64,000 nt of DNA from Squalus acanthias (taxonomy: Eukaryota), in the NCBI GenBank assembly GCA_030390025.1, contig CM059432.1, positions 99,016,001-99,080,000 of the forward strand, read 5' to 3'. Below the pieces are notes generated by a model. The model worked only from the letters and a program-made list of their open reading frames with translations, was not told where the DNA came from and did no database searches. Positions 24,689 to 36,944 of this stretch are shown piece after piece (within the stretch, counting starts at the first letter, position 1; each line of letters opens with the position of its first letter). The position numbers were made by a program, and so were the translations under genes.

Positions 24689-25667
24689 TCCCCTGACTTT
24701 TGCTCTCCCTCAGAAAATCTGCTGGAGCTTTATACTGGAGATTTACATATTGGTGCCTGCTTCATATCTCTAATCAAATTTGAAAGCACTCGGAGATTTT
24801 ACTCTAGATTTACTCCAAGTTCCAGAGTATTCATTTCCATGAAGCATATTTTTCATATATTTTCTTCCTCATATCTAATGCCTTGCTCCACACATATCCT
24901 TTTGATCAAGGGGGTGGTGATCTTCACCAATGCCACACTGTAACCAGGCAATACAAAATACATGTCAAGCAGTGAATGACACACTATCTTTACATGGCCA
25001 ACTATTACGATTGTGCTGCAAATTAATTTACAACAAATGCAATTTCCAAGTTTAGGTTAGAATTGTATTGCGATATCCTTAAAAAAATAAGAAATATAAC
25101 ACGGGGCGAGCTGCATACTCATAAATGTCAAGTGGTTAGCTATCACTTAAGGCATGTCTATCATGCTAATGTGAGCAATCTATGAAGGAAAGCTGGATAA
25201 GGATGGCAGACGCTGACATTACATACTGCAGAAATATGAGGATCAGTATGTAGAGGATTAAAGTATATACAATGTACTATCTGCTTTTGGTATTGACATT
25301 TTCTTCAGGGTAAATGTCCTTAACCACCCCTCAAAAACATAGTCTAAAGGGACTGGCAAAGCAATCAAGTCGGCAAATATATTTGCAGTTAACGATGGTC
25401 ATGTTTAGTTACTGTTTGATTAATCACCTTTTCTTCCACCTTCCATATTTTTATAAAATTGCCTGCAGACTTTCATAAAAACGGTGAAGAGCACAATTCT
25501 AATTACTTTTATGACCAGGTGGAATACATGATGATTGTACAGATGTCTAGTCACACTTTATGGTTTTGTTGATGTACAAACATAAACAACGCACACTGTA
25601 GATTTGGGGGGAATTATGGGGTAACTTTCTGGATGTCAGCTGTTAGGGCTTTTAATAGAGGAATAAT

Positions 25668-27964
25668 GGCCTAGAAATTCGATAAAGCCCGAAAATGCGT
25701 GGTGGCACTGCGGGGAGAGATTAGCTCGCACCCGTTTAAAAATCGCAGGTAACACGTTATTTTGGTGCTGCCTGCTGATTTGAATGATTTTAGCGCACAG
25801 CCCAGCAACGAATGCACTGCTTCAGGCTGTGCACTCAGCAGGAGGCCCAATGTCACATCCCTGTAGCGTCCCTGGGGCAAGGCTGCGTTATCTTAAAACA
25901 AGGCTGTCATATTATAAAGTAGTCTTGAGCCCTTAAAGGTGAACTGCCTTCTGAAAAAAAATTAAAAATCATTCAAAACTATGCAATCATTAGCCGTTAA
26001 AGCTCATCTGCCTTCTAAAAAAAAGTTAAAAATCATTCCAAACTAGGCAGTCTTCAGCTCTTAAAGTGGAACTGCCTTCTGCATGTAAAAAATGGTAAAA
26101 GTGCTTCAGCACTAACACAAATGACTCAACAAGCCAGGGAAGGAGCACTCAAGTTCTCGCACTCAACACTCCAGCTTTGTGCGGGGGTCAACACTGGAAG
26201 AGAGGTCCTCTACCCACAGGGGGCCAGGAGTCCCTCCAGAAAGAAAGATGTGAGAACAGATCGTCGAGGCGGTCACTGCCAGCAGTGTTGCCCCCTCCAC
26301 CTGGCTCCAGTGCCCAAAGACGTTTCATGATCTCAGACCAGTGGTCAAGGTCAGTAAATGCATCTTCAAAAGCCGTCTCCTACCAACTGCACCACTACCC
26401 TCACAAACTGCTCAATGCACGACCGTCCCCTCATCACCTACCAACAATCTGTACCAAACACGAGGCACACCTCACATTCCTAGCTTCACCTCACCCCCTT
26501 GGAGGAGACAGTGCAGGCCATTATTGGCAGGGGCATGGCTGAGCCCTTGGCCAACGGCGGGGCTGAAAGAATACAAAATGTCGGTATCCTCATATGTTAT
26601 CGTCATTCTCACATCCCACTTCTCCCTCATCCCACAATATATTCTGATGTCCAAGCTGTGCATGGTATAAGCATGTAAGTCTTACTTTCCCACCCTCTCC
26701 TCACCACAACCCTACCCTTATGTATTTCTCAGTTCACACACACAAGAAATCCAGCCTGCCCAGCCAGTGGTTGACCAAGAAGAGGGAGAGGAGAGTGAAG
26801 AAGAAGAAGAAGAAGAAGAAGAAGAAGAGAGAAGAAGAAACACTGTCACTTGATTTCACACTCCTAGCCACCAGATCCTCGAGGTCGTTTTGCAAGGCCA
26901 TCTGCAGTGACCCACTGAAAGTCAGCAGCCTTCCACCAGCCATGCTGCAGCCACTGGGGTAGTACTATGTAGCATCACTAGGATAGGCAAAGGAACACAC
27001 AAGACAGTCACTAAGGGAATGCACAAGGGTGATTAGTTGATTTTTTTAATGTAATATTGAATGCATATATGGATAAAGTTGGATTGGAATGTTTGCTTTG
27101 TGGTGGTTTCTATTTCAGCATTGTGGCCAAGAGGACGTTGAGATGGTCAGTAACAGAGGGAAGGTAAGGTGTGGGACAAATGCTGAAAGGGGAATTGGGG
27201 TTGTGTTCACTAGTACTGCAGGCGGATGTTTCGATCCTGGATATCCCGGCCAGAAAGGGGCTGTCTGGGTTGCATCCTTTCTTCCGCCTCCTCCACTTAT
27301 GCTTCTTCTTCTTCCTCTTCTGCATCTTCTTCTTCTGCTTCCTCCTCTTCTGCTTCTTCCTCCTCCCTCTGTGAGCAGCTTGCCCCCTTTGCTGCCTTTG
27401 CTTCATCTCTATGTGATGTTGCAGCCCAAGGGGAACTACAACTAGAGCCCCCAGGACTGGGAGCAAGCGTTGTTCTCAGACACCTTCTTTAACAGCCAAA
27501 GCCTTGCAAGCGTCCAGCAGCACTCCCTGCACTCGCTGCACTTTAACAACTTTTTAAATGTATTGCACCAAGCCACTACTTCAAAAAAATATTTTCAGAA
27601 GTCCAGAAGCTGAAATCGAAACTTACCTGAAAGATGTGTGTGTCCCTTTAAGAAGCGCTGACTATTGTCTCTATACAATTGCTGCAAACATTTTCTTCTC
27701 TGCATAGTTAGGAGAGGGTGTTATGGTGTACGGCGACATCCAAAATCGCAGCTGCGTGTCAAATCAGGCGTTGCGCGCCGATTGATGTCACGATCTGCAC
27801 ATTTACATTGGAGAGGTGAGCGCAGGCAACGGAAGGACTAATGACCTCTCCAAAATCGTGGCTGCTATGTCCTGCGCCGGAAGCGGGCAGAAACGAGGCG
27901 GCCGCCATTTTTTCAAGAAAACCGGTATTAACAGCTGTGGCTACTACGGGGAATTCCCGCGGCC
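25668..27964. mobile_element. Internally deleted Harbinger copy E
   Basis: Ends GGCCTAGAAATTC / GAATTCCCGCGGCC and TSD AAT. Myb exon 1 remnant on + (MTQQAREGALKFS, 26121-26350), (GAA)n acidic tract and transposase N-terminal remnant on - (~27480-27200). Confidence 0.75.
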
Positions 27965-29039
27965 AATGTTTTTGCAAGCTGAACAATTTACAATTTATTG
28001 GTCCCTCTGATGATAAATATTTACTACTCCAAGTAATATTTTGTATAGGTGCAAGGTGAGTACAAAAGGTCTATGTGTGTCCCTCAAATCAGCTAGGCAC
28101 TGGGAGATTGCCGTAACCCAAATTAAGATATTAAGACTGTCCCTAATTTTCCATGCCAATGCTTTCTTCTTCTGCTAGTCATAGTATAAGCAGTTGAAAT
28201 CCTTTCTCTTCCTGACAATGTTGTGTCTCATTCATATCAAAGTGAAGCATCTGAATGGTAAGGTAATGCCATATGTGGAAGACCACAACCATTGCGCACA
28301 TTTTGACTCTGCTTACATTGTAAACTGCCCCCCACCCCCAGCTCTCACTGAGCTGTCAAGGCTCCAGAATTACAGTTTGAGGACAATGTTGGTTTGCTCA
28401 ATGACAGAATTGTCTTGCCTGTTTGGTTTTACGTATATTCTTATGCTAACTGTGGGTTGTGCAAGAGGCAAAGAGTCACTTATTCAGGTCGCAGCCCATA
28501 TCCCACAAGAATAAGCCTTGCAGCAGATCATCGTGTACTGAAGCCAAAGATGGGGGAGGATGAAGAACTTATGTGTTGATTGCAGATGCTTTGCATTCGC
28601 ATACAATGTTCATCATTGTGCACTGCAGGCCATGTGCACATTGATTGAATGGAAGACTTTGTGCTTGATATACGTCATGAATGGTTTTATCTCCCAATGA
28701 GTGAAATTGAAATCACCAAAGATCTTGAGGAAGGCAATATCTCTGCATCTCTATGTAAATGAATGAGTCTACATAACTTGTCAAACAGAGATGTCTTGAG
28801 TATAGGTGGATATCACATTCTGGATAAAACCTAATAAATCAGTACCAAGTGACAAGAATGAACCGGTGTTGAAAAAAATCTGACCTTCGCAGCCACTGGC
28901 ACAGTAGTTTTTACCACAGAGTAATTCCTCAAGTCATTTTATGCCATCTTTGTCGAAAGCCTCAAGTCCCTAGACACAATTCCTCTGTTAGTCTCAAATA
29001 TGACACTCTGGTCCTATAGACCCTTTACTTTAGATGTTG

Positions 29040-29163
29040 GAGGTGAATTTCCTCACTGCTCCTCCTGCGCCACTGAGGAAACTTTGGCAGAAGTTCAGCG
29101 GAAATCACATTTGGCCAAATTTATGGCGGAGGAGCGGGGGGAAGCCGAAAGGAATTTCACCTC
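29040..29163. repeat. Short hairpin micro-MITE
   Basis: GAGGTGAATTTCC ... GGAATTTCACCTC terminal inverted repeat. Confidence 0.55.
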
Positions 29164-29381
29164 TGTGGTGTTCTCTTAAGATTCTGTTACTATGTGCTTA
29201 AATCTTCTCTTTTACTTTCTCCTACCCTAAAAGTTACAATAAGAACAAAAGCTGTGCCACTGTCTGTTTGCAGGGTTTGACCATAATTTCATCCTGATAG
29301 TACCACCATCAAACTAAACTTATAAGGGACATTATTTTTATTAATTTGATCATGGGATATTTAAAAAAAAAAGAATTATTG

Positions 29382-31401
29382 GGTTATGGGAGCCACTATC
29401 AAGGCAACCTTTACTGCCCATCCTGTGAAGGAATAAGCCATATTCAGAAAAATACACCATTCTATGAAAGAATTCTAGCCTTATTAAAACATGACAAACT
29501 AGGTCTGGAAATCTAGAAACCTGGCTATGAAAAGCTGTATTGTTAATAGCATTCAGGCTATTGGGATAAGATAAGTTGTTGACACTGAATCAATAACCTT
29601 ATTGAAACAGGAGGTTGGAAGCTCCTGAACGTCTGAAGCTTTGGAAAGAATACAATGGTACAACCTGTTAAGGTGTCCTAAATTACACTTCAGAAAGAAA
29701 CACAGAAAATTAAGAAATATATGCCTTCGTAAAAATCACATCAAATGAAACACAGGAGACACGATTCTGTGTTGCAACCAGCTGAGGTAACTAAGAATTG
29801 CATAGATCACCCTGGTTGAGGTGTTTTAATTTACACGTCGTAAAAAGACACAAACAGAAGACCTTGGTAAGAATGACATCAAATAGATGCACTTGCTGTT
29901 ACACCGTTTTTTATGATAAGCTTCGAACACCTAAAGGAGAGACATGAGTCTGCATTGCTACCAGCTGAACTGACTGTAAGAATAGCAGGGCTCAGCAGAA
30001 AAATGACTAGAGATAATTAGCTTACATCAACAGAAAACTTCAAAGGACATACCACTGAAAAAGGATATAAATATTGAACTTTCAAATGGGATGATAGATT
30101 CGCTGTAAAGGGGTAAAGCGATTCTCAGGCTTCTGAGGCAAGCTCTGTAAGTCTACAACTCTTTGTACCTCGGGGATCAAGGTATTGTACTGTATTTGAT
30201 TTTGGTGGATATCCTGGAATAAAGACTAAGGGGTAAAAATTCAGTTGGTTGCGCCTCCCGTTAGCGCCTTAAGAGGGCGCTAATGGGGCGCAAAGCCGCT
30301 AACGCCCGGGCGCAGCGATGTTTGCGCCACTCGGGAACTTAACTAGAGATTGTGCGGCGGCGCTAAAACTTACCGCTGCGACCACCTGCGCGCGCAGATT
30401 GTGACGTCATTCCATGGTGCAACGCCCTTGTGGCGCCCCGGAGCGGAAATTGAGTGGCGCCCCCTGCCTTACCACCTGGCGCATCCAACGACCAGAAGAC
30501 TGGAACGCTATCAATCGCTGTGGGGCTGGGGGGGGGGCGCTATTTAAAGGGGGCCTCTTCCTGTCTTTTATTGTTGGTGGCATTTTTGAACTACGCATTC
30601 TGAGAGAGAGAGGGAGAGACTTCTGGAGAGATTCAACGTTGTGTGAAGGAGTTTTGGGTACTGAGCAGCACTTTGCAGGTTCATTTTGATTTGCCATTCC
30701 TTGTATCGATTTAGCAGAGACTGTGGGAGCTGCACTCTGAGCTCTTTGCCTGGTACTCTCCATTGATCTTTCCAGCACATTTGATGTGCAAGTCTCTCCA
30801 GGCCGAGATTCAAGGCTGCAATGAACAGGATGTGGATGGAAAGCAAGATTAAGCATCCCCTTTAAGAACTGGCCCGTGCCATTGTGTGTGTGTTCCATTG
30901 CTGACTGACATTACATGAGCTTCGCCAGCGCTCTGAGTTAGCGCCTCACTCCTTGGCCTTTGCGCCTTAAGACAGGTGTGCAGCGCCTGATTTAGCGCTC
31001 CACTCACCTCCCGGGGCGGTAAAAGTGAAGTTTCCAGTCAGTGCCGATAATTAGCGCCAGGCGCTAATATTTGCGTCCAGACGATATTTGCGCCCCAAAT
31101 GGGGCGCGACCTAATTTTTCCCCCTAAGAACTGTAAAAATGTAACGAAGTTAAGATTTGAGAATAAGGATCTCTGATAATAAGATTGTAAAAGCTTACTC
31201 TTTTTGGAACCGTTAATGTTGCGATTGAAACACCTACTGTAATTACATGTCGTTTCTTTAATTAGTCTATATATTTTTAGAATTGTCTCACATAATACTT
31301 CTGTATCAAACTCGCAAACTTAATCTCTGTACGCTCTTTGGTGAGGAGTTGCAGAATTCTGGGGGAGTTATCCGGACCCTCATAATATCCGGAACGTTAC
31401 A
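29382..31401 (+). mobile_element. Possible solo LTR, interrupted by a MITE
   Basis: Ends resemble (T)GTTATGGG...CCCTCATAA(C)A. TATA-like GGATATAAAT near 30063 and AATAAA near 30218. No internal LTR coding sequence. Confidence 0.35.
30230..31123. mobile_element. GC-rich Harbinger-type MITE (family 5 relative)
   Basis: TIRs GGGGTAAAAATT / AATTTTTCCCC and TSD TAA (30227-30229, 31124-31126). Confidence 0.85.
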
Positions 31402-31604
31402 GTCTAGCTAAACTTATTAAAAGTGCTATCTGGAGGACAGTAACATCTTCAGGTTGTTCCTTTCCTTTAGGGAGAGATAGTCTGGACCTTTAGACCCAAT
31501 TAAGCGTCTTTAGGATTCAGCTACCTCAAACTTTAGTTGAAAGTGAACGTCTGGGGAATATGCCTGATCCGGTGTAGCCCTAAAAGGGCTAGGACTAGTA
31601 ATTA

Positions 31605-33110
31605 TCCCTTCAATCCCTAGTTGTCTTTGAGCAGATAGGGGTGAGACTTCTTCTTGAACCGCTGCAATCCACATGATGAAGGTACTCCCATAGTACTGTT
31701 AGGTAGGGAGTTCCAGGATTTTGACCCAGCGAAGGTAAAAGAATGATGATATATGTCCAAGTCAGGATGGTGTGTGACTTGGAGCTGAATTTGGAGATGA
31801 TGGTGTTCCCCTGCACCTGCTGTCCTTTGGGAGATGCTGTCAAAGAAGCCTTGGTGAGTTGCTGCAGTGCATCCTGTAGATAGTACAAACTGCAGCCATG
31901 GTGCAACAGTGGTGGAGGGAGTGATGGTTAAGGTGGTGGGTGGGCTGCCAATTAAATGGATTGCTTTGTCCTGGATGGTGTCGAGCTTCTTGAGTGCTGT
32001 TGCTGCAGCTGCACTCATCCAGGCAAGTGAAGAGTATTCCATCACACTCCTGACTTGTGCCTTGTAGATGGCGGAAAGGCTTTGGGGCGTCAGGAAATAA
32101 GACACTCACCGCAGAATACCTAGCCTCTGACCTGCTCTAGCAGCCACAATATTTATGTGGCTGGTCTAGTTGAATTTCTGGTCACTGGTAACTCCCAGGA
32201 TGTTGATGGTGAGGGATTTGGCGATGGTAATGGCCCAAAAATTAGTGCTGCTACGCGAGAGTACGCACTGCGTACTCTCGCGTATTCTGTCTCCAATTGC
32301 CGGTTTTCTGCATGCACTGCGCATGCGCTGAAAACCGGCACTTGGTGAATGGAAAAGGGGGCGGTTCCTAGGTGAACCGCGTGCACGCTACAGGCTGCGC
32401 GCATGCAGTGCACTTAGTGGTTTCAACGCGCAGGTAAGTATGGAAGATTTTACACATAAAAAAAGGAGGAGTAAGACCCACTTTTAACAAGGTAAGTAAT
32501 GAATTAAGTATTATTTTGAATTTTTTTTAACAGGTATATCTTTTTTAGAGACTTTAAAGACAGGTAAGTTTATTTTTATAACTTTTTAAAAGATTTTAAA
32601 TTTTTTCAAAAATTTTATTTTTTATTTAAAATGGTTAATTTATTTAACTATACTTATTTTATTAATGTGATGGTTTTTTTTTAAATTTAATTGAGGTTTA
32701 GCTGTTCTTTTGGGGGGGTATAGATTCATAGCTTTCACAGCACTTATGTGAAAGTTATGAATGGAAGATGGTGTGCTGCCATTGGCTCTAACTGAGTCAC
32801 GTGATCCCACAGCTCGCACGAATTAACTACGCCTGTGGGATACGCAAGCCCAGCACAGCAGCTGTCCAGAACATCAAGTTCGTGCGAGCTGGAACTGAAA
32901 AAGCCAACGCGCAGTGAGAGATCGCGGGGAAGCCTTACCCTCGCACGAAGGCTTCCTCACGAATTTTTGGGCCATTGTCATTGACTGTCAAAGGGAGGTA
33001 GTTAGACTCTTTCTTGTTGGAGTTGGTTATTGCCTGACAATTGTGTGCACAAATGTTACTTGCCACATATATCAGCCCAAGTCTGGAGTTTGCAGCATGC
33101 GGGCATGAAT
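31605..33110 (-). mobile_element. LINE-B 3' fragment, interrupted by MITE family 3
   Basis: LTPQSLSAIYKAQVRSVMEYS...KLDTIQDKA on -. Confidence 0.85.
32232..32973. mobile_element. Harbinger-type MITE family 3, copy 1
   Basis: TIRs GGCCCAAAAATT / AATTTTTGGGCC, flanks AAT/ATT. Inverted homologue at 48183-48925. Confidence 0.9.
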
Positions 33111-33549
33111 TACTTCATTATATTGATGACCAAGTAAGGTTTTCAATTATTACCGATCCCCAGTTGCTCTTAAAAATTAGTGATGGGCCTTTTTTCCTGA
33201 ACCACTACAGTCCTTGTGTTGATGATGTACCACAGTGGTGTTAGTTAAGGAAATCTAGGATTTTCACCCAGTAGCATGAAGGATATATGTATGCAAGTCA
33301 TCATGATGTATGACTTGGAAGGAAACTTGGAGGTGATAATGTTTCCATCATATTGTCCCTCTTGGTTGAAGAGGTTGTGGAGCTGGGAGATGCCTACATA
33401 CATCCTTTGAGCAATACAAAAGTGCAATATGACTCAATGTAATTGAATCTGGTTCTCCGCCATTTGATGAGCTTGACCGGTGTTTACACGGAAGGTTGGT
33501 AAACTTTATTTCTGAGATCAGAAACCTACAGTAGAAGACTAATTCAATT

Positions 33550-34261
33550 GGCCCCAATATTTACAGGCAGGCGGGGAGAGTGCGAGAGAGGCTGAAAATG
33601 GTCGAAAAATCCTGAAAGGCCAGGGATATGCAAGTCCTGCTGAACTTAACGGCAGGACCGCATTAACAATTTTTGGATCCATTTCCCGCCTGGCAGCTAG
33701 CAAAATGGACAGTCTGGCCGACGGCTGAGGGGGAGACTAGCGGTAGGATGGATGGAACAGCAATCAGTAGTGGGTAAGCAATCAGGAGAAGCAGAGAGGC
33801 AGCAAGCGGGAGGGCAGGGAGGGGGGTCATTGGGGAGAGAGGTCGCCAATCGGGAGGGCTGGGGGAGTGGGGAGTGAGGCTGACGATCGAGGCTGGGAGA
33901 GGCTGAAGGCTTCTTCGATAGGCCAATGGGGGGCATTCCTGGCCCAAAAGGAGTGCTGAGAAAGGCACTTAGCTTGTGAAGCCGGCAGCTCCCACCTCCC
34001 TTTCACATCCGGGTCTCCTGACCACTGGGAAACCCGCGCAGCAGCAATGAATTTTAATTGCATTGCGGGAGCCCTAATTAAATGTGTTAATGAAGTGTCC
34101 CGCCTCTCCACATTGGGACACTCGGACACCCTGATGTCCGCCACCATAAAAAAGGTGGCAGGTGCGTGCGTGGCGGGTTGGGGATGTGTTCCCCATAGTT
34201 AACTCTTTTACCCACACCCCCGCACCTCTCCCGCCCATCGCGGGGGGTTAATATAGAGCCC
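33550..34261. mobile_element. Harbinger-type MITE
   Basis: Ends GGCCCCAATATT / AATATAGAGCCC and TSD ATT (33547-33549, 34262-34264). Confidence 0.75.
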
Positions 34262-34799
34262 ATTGGCTTTATTTGTAATAAAAACAGAAAATGCTGGAAC
34301 ACACAGCAGTGCAGGCTGCATCTTTGGGGAGAGAAACAGAGTTAACGAGGGAAATTTTAACATTGAAGATCATGTGGGTTTAGGTGCGGGTGGGGGGGGT
34401 TAAAGTTGGTGAAAATGGCAGCACATCCAAAGTCGGCTCCAACACGCCGATTGCCGGGTTTAATTCAGGTGCATTTGGCTGCGTGCGCTTAACTCTCTCG
34501 GAGAGGCACGTTAGTGATTTGAATATTTAAATCAGTGCATTCCAACAATATTTTAACCGGCATTTAAATTTAACAGCACATGCATGGGTTTCCCAGGCTT
34601 CCTGAAACGCGGCAATGAAATCAAGGCAAGAAGACTGAATGGAAATTCATGGGGCTCATTAAACGCCAGGCAAATACAGCGATAAATACTCAGTACTCAC
34701 AACTACTTTCTTACCTCCCACTGGGAAAGGGCTTATTGAGAATACTTGTGGTGAGAGACTAATTTGTGAACTTTGCAGGTAGTGAGAATCAAAATCAGG

Positions 34800-36637
34800 A
34801 TGAGTGGTGCCTTGGCCTCCTTAGTTTGGACCTCGGACAAGGAGCAAGATGACCATCAGCCACAGCAACAGCCTGCTGTGGAGAGACCTGTAGGTATTCA
34901 GCAGATGGGTTGAGCTCTCAGGAGGCACTACCCGCAAAACAGGGCCTACAGGGAGAGGCCCAGCTTCCTTGACCTCTCGAAAGAACAGTGCTTCTGAAGG
35001 CTCAGATTATCACGTCAGTTGGTGACAGACATCTGCAGCCTCCTGGAAGACCCGCTGGACCTGGTGGCCAGGCATTACCTGTACTTCTGAATGTGACCAC
35101 CGGCCTCAAACATTTTTCCTCTGGATCATTTCAGGGCACTACCAGAGACATATCCAGAATCTCCCAGTCGGCTGCACATACATGCATAAGGCAGGTCACT
35201 GATGGATTGTTTGCCAGGGCTGGGAATTATGTGAACTTCACCTGCGCCTTCACTAAGACCGCCTATTTCCATCTCCGTAACATCGCTCGACTCCGTCCCT
35301 GCCTCAGCTCATCTGTTGCTGAAACTCTCATCCATACCTTTGTTACCTCTAGACTTGACTATTCCAATGCACTCCTAGCTGGCCTCCCACATTCTACCCT
35401 ACGTAAACTTGAGGTCTTCCAAAACTCGCTGCCCGTGTCCTAACTCACACCAAGTCCCGTTCACCCATCACCCCTGTGCTCATTGACCTACATTGGCTCC
35501 CAGTTAAGCAACGCCTCGATTTTAAAATTCTCATCCTTGTTTTCAAATCCCTTCATGGCCTCACCCCTCCCTATCTCTGTAATCTCCTTCAGCCCCACAA
35601 TCCCCCGAGATATCTGCACTCCTCTAATTCTGGCTTCTTGAGCATCCCTGATTATAATCGCTCCACCATTGATGGCTGTGCCTTCAGCTACCAACGCCCT
35701 AAGCTCTGGAATTCCCTCCCTAAAGTTATCTGCCTCTCTACCTCTCTTTCCTCATTTAAGATGCTCCTTAAAAACCTACCTCTTTGACTAAGCTTTTGGT
35801 CATATGCCGTAAGAGCTCCTTGTGTGACTCGATGTCAAATTTTGTTTTATAACACTTCTGTGAAGTGCCTTGGAACATTTAACTGCATTAAAGGTGCTGT
35901 ATAAATACAAGTTTTTGTTGTTATTGTTGTTGTGATGACACCAGTCAGAATGAGTGGGTGCTCAGGTTTGCATCTCTGGCTGGCTTCCCCCAGGTGCAGG
36001 GCGACATTGATTGCACACACATTGCAATCCGCGCACCCCAAGTTGAACTAGGAGTATTCGTGAACCACAGGGGATTTCATTCCATCAATGTTCAGCTGGT
36101 ATGCAACCACAAGATTCCCGTTGGGGGGTGGGGGGGACAGCGGCTGCTATGATGCTTTCATCTCGCGGCAGTCCAAGCTCCCTGAATTCTTTGGACCCAC
36201 AAGCAGACTAAAGGGGTGGCTGCTAGGAGACAAGGGATACCCCTTTCAAACTTGGCTGATGACACCCATGAGAAACTCCACCAATGAAACCCAAGAGCTC
36301 ACGAAAGCCATATGAGAACCAAATGCGTCATTGAGCAAGTGATCGGCATGCTCAAGATGTGCTTCATGTGTCTGGACAGATCTGGAGGTGTCCTTCAGTA
36401 CTCGCCAGTCAGGGTCTCCTAATGATCACGGTATGTGGCGTTCTGCACAACATTGTGCAGCAGCGAGGATTGAAGCTACTGGAGGAACATGGTGCTGAGC
36501 ACACACCATCTGCGGACGAATCCAATCAAATTGAGGAGGAGGCAGAGGATGAAGGTAGCGATCCCAACGCAGCACCAGCCACCCACATTGCTGTCTGGGA
36601 TGCCAGGGATTCCCTTATGGCTGTGAGGGTCAGTTAG
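34800..36637 (+). pseudogene. Harbinger DDE transposase of copy F, disrupted by L2
   Basis: RRHYPQNRAYRER, SGSFQG, GDIDCTH, NHRGFHSINVQLVC, GDKGYP, IEQVIG. Contains frameshifts and stops. Confidence 0.9.
35245..35931 (+). mobile_element. L2 LINE 3' fragment
   Basis: AYFHLRNIARLR...FVTSRLDYSNALL, LHWLPVKQR and the 3' end GGTGCTGTATAAATACAAG(TTG)n. Confidence 0.88.
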
Positions 36638-36944
36638 TCACTACCACTGGACTAATGTTATAATCACATCCACTGGACACTTTCCCCCCAACCCCTAATC
36701 CGACTGACACAAAGCAGTCTTGTAACCAGCCACCCATCCATTGCACATCCCTCCATTGGTCCTCGTCAATTCATGTCTTCCCATTCATCATCAAGCAATT
36801 GAAAAGGCACTTGCCACCCAGTAACCAAGAATGTACAACACGGGAAAGTGGTGCAAAGTAATACATTTTATGTGATTCTACTAAACAACGGAAACTTAAC
36901 AACATAACATTTTCTCAAACAACCATGTGCATACCCTTGTACAA

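Noticed and set aside
27089..27492. Lys/Arg-, Ser- and Leu-rich ORFs
   Set aside because: They arise from a low-complexity (CTT)n tract in the Harbinger E remnant.
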